A stretch of 63,529 nt of DNA, from positions 1,715,003 to 1,778,531 of the forward strand of contig NC_069008.1 of assembly GCF_001194135.2 (NCBI RefSeq), given 5' to 3'. The stretch is from Octopus bimaculoides (Eukaryota). A model generated the notes under the pieces. That model saw nothing but the letters and a program-made list of their open reading frames with translations, was not told the origin of the DNA and ran no database searches. Below are positions 1 through 11,771 of the stretch, piece by piece. Position 1 is the first letter of the stretch, and every line of letters begins with the position of its first letter. The position numbers were made by a program, and so were the translations under genes.

Positions 1-933
1 AGAGAGAGAGAGGCAGAAACAACATCAGTATAAAACCCCCGTTGCTAAATCCATTTACTGGCAGGGACTGTGGGGATAATGATAACGGTGATGACAGTTA
101 CAACGTAACTGTCACCATGACATGAATATAGTCTAAGGCCTGATGGACACAACGGTGGGATCTTGTTCAAAACGGGGGCACCAGTATTTTCTTAACGAAA
201 CGCTTTGAAACTTGGGACACTGGTAGAATGTGTCATATAAAACATCTTTTTCTCTTAGTCTTCTTAACAAAAAAAACGCACATCGCAAGTTATTCCATGT
301 TAAAGTTGTCGTATTTCTGTAAATTCAACCAATGACTGACGTCCATTCAGTCGAATAACAGTAAATGCTGACTACGTAAACAAACGATTCTGGCGGTGAT
401 AAAATTATTATTTCCTTGTCAAAAAATCGCTGAAGCATATTGGCAGTAGCTAATAAACCTTTCTAGGATCTATTTTAAAACGGGGGCACCAGAAAGAAAA
501 AAGGCAGTAGTGATGATGATGATGGTGGTGGTGGTGGTGGTGGTGCTGGTAACGATTATGTTGACGGCTATGCTATGTCTGTTGTTGTTTCGCCTCCACG
601 TCAGTCCCTGAGCGAGAAGACCTTCTGAGATCAAAGGTTGAATAAAAACTTGAGGAACAATTCTAGGGAGTTTGGTTACTATTTCTAGCAGGTTGAGCCA
701 GCTACCGCATAGAGACTTCTTCATTGGATGACAACGATGATGATGATGGTGGTGGTGGTAAGGATCACGATTTTGATTACATGATTACAACGGTTATGAT
801 TATGATGATGATGATGATGATGATGAAGGTAATAATAATAATAATGGAAAAACAACACAAAAATTCTCATTTTGTAGGATTTTGGCAAAGATGGAATGTG
901 AAGAATGGGATGAGGGGGGGGGTAGTTGAGGGG

Positions 934-1595
934 NNNNNNNNNNNNNNNNNNNNNNNNNNNNNNNNNNNNNNNNNNNNNNNNNNNNNNNNNNNNNNNNNNN
1001 NNNNNNNNNNNNNNNNNNNNNNNNNNNNNNNNNNNNNNNNNNNNNNNNNNNNNNNNNNNNNNNNNNNNNNNNNNNNNNNNNNNNNNNNNNNNNNNNNNNN
1101 NNNNNNNNNNNNNNNNNNNNNNNNNNNNNNNNNNNNNNNNNNNNNNNNNNNNNNNNNNNNNNNNNNNNNNNNNNNNNNNNNNNNNNNNNNNNNNNNNNNN
1201 NNNNNNNNNNNNNNNNNNNNNNNNNNNNNNNNNNNNNNNNNNNNNNNNNNNNNNNNNNNNNNNNNNNNNNNNNNNNNNNNNNNNNNNNNNNNNNNNNNNN
1301 NNNNNNNNNNNNNNNNNNNNNNNNNNNNNNNNNNNNNNNNNNNNNNNNNNNNNNNNNNNNNNNNNNNNNNNNNNNNNNNNNNNNNNNNNNNNNNNNNNNN
1401 NNNNNNNNNNNNNNNNNNNNNNNNNNNNNNNNNNNNNNNNNNNNNNNNNNNNNNNNNNNNNNNNNNNNNNNNNNNNNNNNNNNNNNNNNNNNNNNNNNNN
1501 NNNNNNNNNNNNNNNNNNNNNNNNNNNNNNNNNNNNNNNNNNNNNNNNNNNNNNNNNNNNNNNNNNNNNNNNNNNNNNNNNNNNNNNNNNNNNNN
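934..1595. other. Assembly gap (others: 5355-5572, 26630-27348, 28578-28777, 48989-49867, 52857-52884, 56359-56368, 58826-59071)
   Basis: N runs, mostly flanked by microsatellites or SINE interiors. Confidence 0.99.
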
Positions 1596-2787
1596 AGGGA
1601 GGGAGGAGAAAAAAGCAGGCAGAAAGAAAGGGCGTTGGTTGTTTAATGACATGGTATATAGGAAACATGAGGGAGGGGGAGGTAAAGAGGGAATAGGAGG
1701 AGGTACTGGTGGAAGAAGAGAGGGAGGTCGTGGAGCGTATGGGAGGTTTGCGAGAGGGAGGGGGAGTAAATGAATCACTGCTTGTTGAAGTTGGTGGTGG
1801 TAATAGTAGGAGTGGTGGTGGTGGGTGAGAGTAGTGGTGTCAGTGGTGAAACGATGGGGAGGAGGGGGGTGACGACTACGATAGACAATGTATCAGTGTG
1901 TGTGTCCGCGTGCGCGCGTATGTGTGTGCGTGAGTAGGATGGTGTGGTAGGAGGTGGAATGCGTGTGTGTATATGTTTAAGTATGTTATGCGTGAATGTG
2001 TGTGTATATGTTTGCGTATGTTATGCGTGAATGTGTGTGTGTGTGTGTGTGTGTATCAATGACTGGTGGTAATAAAGTGTGTGTGAGTGTGTGTGTGAAT
2101 AACAAAGGAGGAAGAGAGAGAGAGGAGGAGGAGGGAGAAAACAAGGAGAAAGGAGCGCGCATGTGTACGCGCGCGAGCGAGGCGGCGGGAAAGTAGCGTG
2201 GGTGCTGGAATGTCTTAGGGCAGCAGCAGTGGTGGTGGTGGTGGTGGTGGTGCGAAGGGTTAGAGAGTTGTTGCTGTATAAACAGAGAAGGAAAAGGAGA
2301 AAGATGTAAAACAACGAGAGAGAGAGAGGGGGAATTCCTAAGTGGAGAGGGGGGAAGAGCAGAAAGGGAGAGGTGAGAGGTACAGTGGTAGAAAGAGGAA
2401 GGGGGGGTATTAGGAGAAAGACTTGTAATCTAGCTGGGATCAGTGAAAAAGGGATAGATGGAAGAGAGGGTGATGTTGTGTGTGTGAGGGGGAAACGGCT
2501 TTAATGTTCACACGCCTCCTCCCACAATACCTCCACCTCCGCCCCTTCCTCGACGAGCTCGCTCTAGTTTTGTTTGTTTTTGTTTTATTTCCGTTTCGTG
2601 TTATTTTTTTTTAACCCCTCTTATTCTACAATCTTGTTCCTTAAAAAAATCAGCAGCAGTTAACACCAACAACATCTACCGATGTTATTTATAAGGATTA
2701 GCGGGCCTGAGCCTATCCAGGTGGGAAAACCTGGTAGAAATAGCTGCCAAATCTCCCTCAAATAACACCCTTCTGATTTAATGTATA

Positions 2788-3132
2788 CTCTTACTTGTTT
2801 CAGTCATTTGACTGCGGCCATGCTGGAGCACCGCCTTTAGTCGAGTAAATCGACCCCAGGACTTATTCTTTGTAAGCCTGGTACTTATTCTATTGGTGTC
2901 TTTTGCCGAACCGCTAAGCTACAGCGACGTAAACACACCACCATCGGTTGTCAAGCGATGTTGGGGGGTCAAACACACACATATATATATACATATATAC
3001 GACGGGCTTCTTTCAGTTTCCATCTACCAAATCCACTCACAAGGCTTTGGTTGGCCTGAGGCTATTAGAAGAAGACATTTGCCCAAGAAGTGGTTGGAAA
3101 GCAAGTTTCTTATCACAGTCATGCCAGCGCCT
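2788..3132 (-). mobile_element. tRNA-derived SINE family A, internally deleted copy
   Basis: Matches the other family A copies (ttacttgtttcagtcatttgactgcggccatgctggagcacc ... ctaccaaatccactcacaagg). Confidence 0.9.
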
Positions 3133-3709
3133 ATTATACCAAACACACAGATGCTCTTTGTATCCCAGGTTTTAGAATAGATATGTCATACCTTTTGCAT
3201 TCTGTAACAGGTGACTTAAAAGGTTTGGCAAGAGAAAGGGCATCTGGTCCCAAAACATTGCCTCAAGGAGTCCTGCCCAACGGATAGTAGCACACACAGA
3301 AAAAGAAAATAGATGTAAAAACTATGAAGCTGATTAACTGTTGCTACCCAAGGACCAAAGTCGTTACACAGTGTAATTAGATGATTAAATATAAATATTC
3401 ATCATTTCATGTTCACTTTTCAATGTGGGAACAACAAGCAGGTTTAACACTTGGGAAGAATGGTAAAGTCTTATATGTTTTGAGCCTACGCTCTTTGATA
3501 GAAGGGGAAAAAATATGTAGGGATTAACGGTTGAACATGACCAGCTGGATGCCCTTCCAATCACCAACCCTCACCTGTTTCCAATTGTGTTAATGTTTCT
3601 TCATAAGCCTCACATGCTTCCGTGGAAGACTGGAAACAAATGTTACAACTTTTATGACAATGACTTGTTTGCAACTATAACAACATGTCCAGACAAGGAC
3701 AAACACACA

Positions 3710-4012
3710 GGGGCTGTGTGACAAGAAGCTTGTTTTCCAACCACATGGTTCTGGGTTCAGCTCCACTGTATGGCACCTTGGGCAAGTGGATTTGGTAGCA
3801 GGAAACTGAAAGAACCCCATCGCATATATATATATACTGTGAGTGTGTGACTGTGTGCGTTTGTGCACAACCGGTGTTGGCGTATTTACGTCCCCGTAAG
3901 TTAACGGTTCAAAAAAAAAAAAAATTAAAAAAAAAAGAGCCCGAAAGAATAAGTACCAGGCTTGCCCCAGCATAACCGCAGGCTAATGACTGAAACAAGT
4001 AAAAGAGAAAAG
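3710..4012 (+). mobile_element. SINE family A, diverged copy
   Basis: Head ggctgtgtg...ggttctgggttcag, internal (TA)/(TG) slot, tail aatgactgaaacaagtaaaag. Confidence 0.85.
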
Positions 4013-4756
4013 ATACCTATGCACTGACAACTACAACACTACAGCCATCGGCCTGAAGATGACCATCATCACCATGACGACAACCATCATCACTACCACC
4101 GCCGCCGCCGCCATCAATAGAGTATGTAACAAAACAAACTTCATAACAACGCCATACTCCACTACCCCCCCCCCCGCCAGCCATCACCTCCACTTCCACC
4201 GTCGTCATGAATAGAGGATGTAGAGAATAACATGCAATCACACAACAAGCACACAAACCAGCAGGACAGACACTAGCAGGAAGAGCCCCTCCTCCCCCAC
4301 TCCACCTGACCACCACCACGAACAACAACAACAACAACACAAACAGCGACAACATCAATCCGTTTGTTTAACAAAGCAGTTATTTAATATAGTGAAACAG
4401 GAAAGAGATAGAGCAGCAACAGTTCTAATAACAAAAACAACAGGGAGTTGTCTTAAGGTCACGCACGCAGACACGCACATACACACACACACTCTCGCCC
4501 AAGTCTGCAAAGGTCACTTGGGAGGTGATTGTAATACGTCCCCGACGATGTAAAGATGTGAATAGTCATTGTAGGTAGTGTATGTATGTGTGCGCGCGTG
4601 AGAACGTACACACACACACACAGAGAACAAGCTTGCTAAGGATGAGAGAGCCTATCTATCTCTATCCATCCATCCATCTATCTATCTATCTACTTGTCTA
4701 TCTATCTATCTACTTGTCTATCTATCTATCTACTTGTCTATCTATCTATCTACTTG

Positions 4757-4789
<33 letters not shown>

Positions 4790-5009
4790 TTATCTATCTA
4801 TCCATCTCTATCTATCACTTGTTAGTGACTGAGCTGTGGTCATGCAAGGGCACCATCTGAATAGTTTAAAACACCTGTACTATTATTTTAAACGTGGTAC
4901 TTTAAACGTGCAAGGGTTAAAAACACGCATTATACACACACATATATACATACGCAGACACACACATACACATATATACATACATACACACACATGCACG
5001 CGTTTTCTG

Positions 5010-5166
5010 TGAGTGGCTGTGTGGTAAGTAGCTTGCTTACCAACCACATGGTTCTGAGTTCAGTCCCACTGCATAGCACCTTGGGCAAGTGTCTTCTACT
5101 ATAGCCTTGGGCCGACCAAAGCCTTGCGAGTGGATATGGTAGACAGAAACTTAAAGAAGCCCGTCG

Positions 5167-5213
<47 letters not shown>

Positions 5214-5354
5214 ATGCTTGTGTGTCTGTGTTTGTCCCCACAACATCACTTGACAACCGATGGTGGTGTGTTTACATCCCTGTAACTTAGCGGTTTGGCA
5301 AAAGTCACCAATAGAATAAGTACTAGGCTTACAAAGAATAAGTTCTGGGGTCAA
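5010..5354 (+). mobile_element. SINE family A, truncated by gap
   Basis: A-box-like TGGCTGTGTGG, B-box-like GAGTTCAGTCC, ccttgggcaagtgtcttc core. Confidence 0.92.
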
Positions 5355-5572
5355 NNNNNNNNNNNNNNNNNNNNNNNNNNNNNNNNNNNNNNNNNNNNNN
5401 NNNNNNNNNNNNNNNNNNNNNNNNNNNNNNNNNNNNNNNNNNNNNNNNNNNNNNNNNNNNNNNNNNNNNNNNNNNNNNNNNNNNNNNNNNNNNNNNNNNN
5501 NNNNNNNNNNNNNNNNNNNNNNNNNNNNNNNNNNNNNNNNNNNNNNNNNNNNNNNNNNNNNNNNNNNNNNNN

Positions 5573-5609
<37 letters not shown>

Positions 5610-5800
5610 ATGGGCTTCTTTCAGTTTGTCTATCAAAGCCACTCACAAGACTTTGGTCTTGTGGGTGGATTTTTTCAGATTTTATAGTCCAGGGTTATAG
5701 CAGAAGACATTTACCCAAAGCGCCTCACAGAAGGACTGAACCCAAGACCACATGGTTGAGAACCAGGCTTATTACCCACTACACAGCCACGCCTGTGCCT
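5573..5800 (-). mobile_element. SINE family A, 5' half
   Basis: Reverse complement of the family A head region. Confidence 0.88.
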
Positions 5801-6163
5801 ATAGTCTTGCCTTTATCAAAATTATCTCCACCTGTAGAGGATGCTACTCAATTACCAAATGGCATTTATGAATGAGCTCCATATGACAAGGGGAGGTAAT
5901 CTCACGAGCGAAGAATTCTCCCAAACTGATTTGCTATTAGAGGAAAAAAGACAGGCTTTGTAGCCTGGAGATAAGAGGACAGTCGTGGACAGAGCAAATG
6001 CAGGTGGCGTAATAGACTTCTTTGTCAGATCAGAATAATTATGAATGTTAAAACATAAAGCTGCTGCCTGAAGTCAAAATTCAATATTTGTATTTTACTG
6101 CCCCTTGAGGGTAAAAGAGAATAAAATGAAAAAAAAACCCCCAAAAAACAGAAAAAAAAACAC

Positions 6164-6686
6164 CGAGTGGCTGTGTGCTAAGAAGCTTGCTTCCCAACCA
6201 AATGGTTCCGGGTTCAGTCCCACTGCATGACACCTTAAGCAAGTGTCTTCTGCTATAGCCTTGTAAATAGATTTGGCAAACAGAAACTGAAAGAAGCCTG
6301 TCATGTGCATGCATGTATGTATGGATATATATGTATATATATGGGAGAATTTACGGAAAAAAACAACAGCAGACGAGGACAGGTGGTGTAAACAACAAAA
6401 GGATGTATTAGTTTAACGCTCGGGAATAGAGAAAGTCTTTAGCGTTTCGAGCTACGCTCTTCAACAGAAAAAATATGGAGAAAACAAGGAGAAAAACTCA
6501 GAGAAAAAAAAAAAATTGAATGTTTTGGTCTCCCCCAATACAACTTGACAACTGGTACTGGTGTGTTTACATCCCTGTAAATTAGGCGTAAGAAAAATTT
6601 CCTGGGGGTCAATCTGTTTGACTAAAACCCTTCAAGGCAGTGCCCCAGTATGGCCACAGTGAAACGACTGAAACAAGTAAAAGAGA
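6164..6686 (+). mobile_element. SINE family A interrupted by a Penelope-like fragment (6343-6520)
   Basis: Head 6164-6310 and tail 6522-6686 are collinear with intact copies. Confidence 0.85.
6343..6520 (-). mobile_element. Penelope-like terminal-repeat fragment with hammerhead-like motif (family PLE-1; other copies ~3441-3520 and 7839-7921)
   Basis: Three homologous copies in the window. Minus strand reads CTGTTGA-A-GAGC-GTA-GCTC-GAAAC-GCTA-AAGAC. Ends in (TA)n. Confidence 0.6.
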
Positions 6687-6713
6687 GTATAGTCAACAAG
6701 AAAGACCTTTGTA

Positions 6714-6930
6714 CAGGGTTGGCCAAAAGTCACCCAACAATAAATTAAAATACCATAAATACTATCTGTAATTCTCTTTTGACCCCAATGGAAAAATGGT
6801 GTCGCTCAAGAAGGAGTTCAGTTTGAAGTTTTCATGATGTTTTTATTAAATTCATTCAGTTGTTAAACATAAATAAATCTTGGAGTTAAATGGGTTTGAT
6901 TTACTGTCAGGTGACTTTTGGCCAGCCCTG
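6714..6930. mobile_element. Tc1/mariner-type MITE
   Basis: 21-bp TIRs cagggttggccaaaagtcacc / ggtgacttttggccagccctg (1 mismatch), TA on both sides (6712-13, 6931-32). Confidence 0.92.
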
Positions 6931-7612
6931 TATGGCAGCTTGACTTGCTAGAAATAGCAGCCAAGCCTTCTCAAATCACAACCAGTTGTCTCATGTAAGT
7001 ATAAACGAATAAGCAAGATTTCTACATGGTAGCTCAAATCACACAGGATAATAATACAGCATTTGAGTTCCGTTCACATAGAAAAAAACTATGGGATGGC
7101 CATGGTTGGAATACCTTTGTTAATAAACCTGCAGGATGAGGACTAAGTTGGTGTTACACAACTACAACAATAATTCATTCAATCAGCCCTGGAAGAGTAA
7201 GAGTGAAAATGAAGTGTGGCAGGATTTGATCCCAGGAAAGCAGGAGCAACATGACCACATGCAGTAAAGCGTTGCCATAATACCCTTCTCCTACACTCTG
7301 CACACCCGCTCCACCCACAAACAATGACCTAATCTGCTTAATCTGCACTAATCCCCTGCATCCTTTTGTCCCGGATGAAGTTGCAAGCATCAGACGCAGA
7401 GTAGTGGCAAGGAGCAGGAGGAGGGGTGGGGTGGGGAAAAAAATGTTTAAAAAAAAAATACAATTAGTAAAGGGGATGAGTGGTGCAGGAGGGAAGTAGG
7501 AAAGGATTACGGAGTTAATCTGAGGATGGTTTGGATGGAAGAGGGGGTTGCAGGGAAGAGAGAGGGAGAGAGTGAGAGAGAGAGAGAGAGTGAGAGAGAG
7601 AGAAAGAGAGAG

Positions 7613-7645
<33 letters not shown>

Positions 7646-7917
7646 CAGATGGTAGTGGTTGATTTGATAATGAATTCAATATGCAGCTTGATTCTCCAGG
7701 TGCAAATACATGCGTGTGTGTATATGTGCATGCACACACACACGGAGAATTTTAGCTGAATGAAACAAACCCCGTTACTTGTAAAGCCTTTTACTTATTC
7801 TATTGGTCTCTTTTGCTGAACCACTAAGTTACAGGGATGTAAAGACTTTCTCTATTCCCGAACGTTATACTAATACATCTATTTGTTGTTTACACCTCCT
7901 GTTGATTTTTCATGAAT

Positions 7918-7951
<34 letters not shown>

Positions 7952-7954
<3 letters not shown>

Positions 7955-8096
7955 CACAGGTGTGGTAAGAAGCTTGCTTCCCAACCACATGGTTCCAAGT
8001 TCAGTCCCACTCTTTGGCACTTTAGGTTGCCCAAAGCCTTGTGAGTGGATTGGGCAGAGGGAAACTGAAAGAAGCCTGTCATATATGTGTGTGTGT

Positions 8097-8127
<31 letters not shown>

Positions 8128-8348
8128 CATTGTATGTGTGTTATTTGTTTGTCACCCCACCATTGCTTGACAACTGATTATGGTGTGTGTATGATGCTGT
8201 AACTTAGCAGTTTGGGAAAAGAGACTGATAGAATAAATAATGCAAAGACTAAGTCCTGGGGTCAATTTCTTCAACTAAGAAACCCTTTAAGGCAGTGCTC
8301 CAGTATGGCTGCAGTCAAATGACTAAAACAAGTAAATGAATAAAAGAG
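7952..8348 (+). mobile_element. SINE family A
   Basis: Near full-length, collinear with the 33121-33507 copy. Confidence 0.9.
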
Positions 8349-8366
8349 TATGTCTGCGTATATGTA

Positions 8367-8656
8367 CCATTCAAGCGTGATCGTTGCCAGCATTGCCTCA
8401 CCGGCACATGAAAAGCAACATTTGAGTGTGGTCGTTGCCAGTGCCACCGGACTGGCCCTAGTGCCAGTGGCACTTAAAAGCACTCACTACGCTCTCGGAG
8501 TGGTTTGCGTTAGGAAGGACATCCAGCTGTAGAAACATTGCCAGATCAGATTGAACCTGGTGCAGCCACCTGGCTCACCAGTCCTCAGTCAAACCATCCA
8601 ACCCATGCCAGCATGGAAAGCAGACGTTAAACGATGATGATGATGATGATGATGAT
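8367..8656 (+). mobile_element. RTE-clade LINE 3' end (5'-truncated)
   Basis: Ends ccaacccatgccagcatggaaagcagacgttaaac(gat)n. The same tail follows the RTE ORF remnant at 59586-60062. Confidence 0.85.
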
Positions 8657-8657
8657 A

Positions 8658-8689
<32 letters not shown>

Positions 8690-9006
8690 CACATATATAT
8701 ATATATGTATACATGTCTCTTAAAAGATAGAGCTCAAAATCATATATATACATATATATATATATGTATATAGTGAATGTATAATATTCTAGAATGCCAG
8801 AGAGCTCCCTTATCTTCTATCCAGTATTATCAGTTATCTGACATACCTATCTAATCTGTTCTTTCTATACACACACGCAGAGTTCATCATATTTTGGTTG
8901 CTGTAGTGGCAGAGAAGGGAAGAAGGGTGGGGTCAATAAGAAGAATTTTTGATGTGGAGTATATATAATACACACAGCAGAGAACAAAAGACTATACATA
9001 CACATT

Positions 9007-9195
9007 TAACCCTTTAGTGTTTAAACGGGCCATATCTGTCCAAAATATTCGACCTGTCTTTATCTTCAAACTGGTCAGATATGGTCTGTCATGGCTACCT
9101 TACAGGGTCATTTTAAAAACAAACTATCACATTACTGAAATCTCAAAGCCATGAAATCATGCAGGATTAATTTAAGATGGTGTGAATACATAAGT
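9007..9195 (+). mobile_element. piggyBac-like MITE family 1, left part
   Basis: ttaa-ccctttag terminus, homologous to 19711-19926 and 44813-45379. Confidence 0.65.
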
Positions 9196-9204
9196 TGAAG
9201 AAAT

Positions 9205-9757
9205 TGAGCCCAAGACTTATTCTTTGTAAGCCTAGTACTTATTCTATCAATCTCTTTTGCCAAACTGCTAAGTTACGGGGACACACCAACATCCATTGTC
9301 AAGCGATGGTGGAATGACAAACACAGACACAAAGACACATACATACACACATATATATATATATACAGGACGAGCTTCTTTCAGTTTCCGTCTACCAAAT
9401 CCACTCACAAGGCTTTGGTCAGCCTAAGGCTTTAGTAAAAGACACTTTCCCCAAGGTGCCACACAGTGGGACTGAACCCAAAACTATGTAGTTGGGAAGC
9501 AAGCTTCTTACCACAGAGCCATACCTGTGACTGTATATATATCTTTGACTTCAGTTATGAGACTGCGACCATACTGGGGCACCACCTTGAAAAATCTTTA
9601 GTCAAATGGTTTGACCCAGGTACTTTTTTTGACCCAGGTACTTTTTTTTTTAAAGCCTGGTACTTACTTTATCAGTCTTGTTGGAGAACAGCTAGGTTAC
9701 GGGGATGCAAACACACCAACACCAGTTGTCAAGAGGTGGTGGTGGAACACAGACATG

Positions 9758-9836
<79 letters not shown>

Positions 9837-9990
9837 GAGCTTCTTTCAGTTTCCGGCTACCATATCAAATTACACGGCTTTGGTCAGCCCAAGGCTATAG
9901 TAGAAAACAGTTGCCCAAGGTGCCATGCAATGGGACTGAACCCAGAATCCGAAACCATGTGGCGGTTGGGAAGCAACCTTCTAACCACAC
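9205..9990 (-). mobile_element. Two adjacent SINE family A copies (~9205-9530, ~9555-9990)
   Basis: Both collinear with the family A reverse complement; long (TA)n in the second. Confidence 0.85.
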
Positions 9991-10502
9991 AGCCATGCTT
10001 GCACCCTACCCCGCCCCAACAGGTGCATCACTATAGTTCCACATGTGAAAGCATTTAAGTGCTAAATACACAATTATAGAAGGTATCCGGAGCCATGTCT
10101 GCACTGTACACACACACACACACACACATTAGAGAGACAGGTAGATGTTATATACAAGCATGGATGGATGTATATTTACTTGGTAGATATGTAGGTAGGT
10201 GGAAGAACACGAGCATATCATATATCACCAAATGTTTATCAAAAATAACATTCAAGACTTTCATATCATTGTGTGTGGGGGCAGGAATGGGTTTATGTGT
10301 GGGGGCAGGAATGGGTTTATGTGTGTGTGCATGCAGACAGCCATACGTGAGAGTCTCTGCTTCTATGTGTGTAAATATTATAAATATTTTATATATATTA
10401 AATATATAAATATTTATCTATCTATCTATAAATATATAAATATATATCTGCATGCAAGAACGTATATGTATATCTAAGAATGTGTGTGTGTATATATGTG
10501 TA

Positions 10503-10548
<46 letters not shown>

Positions 10549-10598
10549 CATGCATATATATAAGCATGTATATGTATATCTAGGAATGTGTGTGTGTA

Positions 10599-10650
<52 letters not shown>

Positions 10651-11284
10651 CATGCATATGTATATATACATATATACATCAAAGAAAGTGTATGTATATA
10701 TAATATGTATAAGCATGCACGAGTGTTTATGTATGTCTAAAAATGTGTATGCATGCATATACATACAAACATGCATGTGTATGCATGCGTATATATGTTG
10801 CAAGCGCATGAGCAGCGTAGGTTCAAACACACACACACACAGAGGAACACCTCCACAGGACATTAAGGGTGTGGTAAAAAAAAAAAAGGTTTACATAACA
10901 CCACTAATCTCCACCAAACCCCCCCCACCACCACTCCCAATGTTATCAATATCATCGTAAACATCATCATTATCATCATGATCTCTCCATAAACATCTGC
11001 CTCAGCTACCAGCATCAACAGATAGGTACCACACAGACACACACAGAGGAGCAGGAAAATGAGAACATTGAAGACAGACAGACAGACCAAGGAGAGGTGC
11101 CACTCCGTTAACCAGTAAACGCTATGCAATGCAATGTTGTGTAGCGTGATGCAGTGGCTATCATTCAGGTATGAATGACCGACCAACAACGCATGCACGA
11201 ACCTGTGTGAAGAAACAAAGGAGGAGAAGGCAGAGGAAAATAAACGTTATCAGGTAAGCACTTTGTTCAATGGTAGTAGTAGGT

Positions 11285-11583
11285 CGTGTTTAGCCCCAGG
11301 CCAACTTAGAGTGAGCAGACCAATGATCAAAACTGTTTCGGCTATGATCATCATCCCACCATTTTCTATATCATCATCTGTAGTGTTCAATATACCCATC
11401 TGCCCACCCACCTTCAGTCAGTAGGGTGTGAAATGAAAGAGATTTGGTTGTTATTTCTTACATGTCCAGCTAACTTCCTTTGACTTGTACATATATACAT
11501 ACATAAGATAGTAGGCTGTGATTTGTGAGAGTGACTACTATTTCTAGCAGGTCTAGCTACTATATACCAGTCTCTCTTGTTGG

Positions 11584-11625
<42 letters not shown>

Positions 11626-11735
11626 CATACATATATATATACATACATACATATATATATATATACATACATACATACATATATATATACATACATACAT
11701 ACATATATATATACATACATACATATATATATACA

Positions 11736-11771
<36 letters not shown>

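Noticed and set aside
721-1778. Long ORFs of 250-500 aa in the track (also 26484-27800, 48698-50200, 58572-59186)
   Set aside because: They stay open only because N runs and dinucleotide repeats lack stop codons
11179-11259. Plus-strand donor CAG/GTAAGC after an open frame (..NLCEETKEEKAEENKRYQ)
   Set aside because: In-frame stop at 11176-78, no convincing acceptor, and an unrecognised peptide
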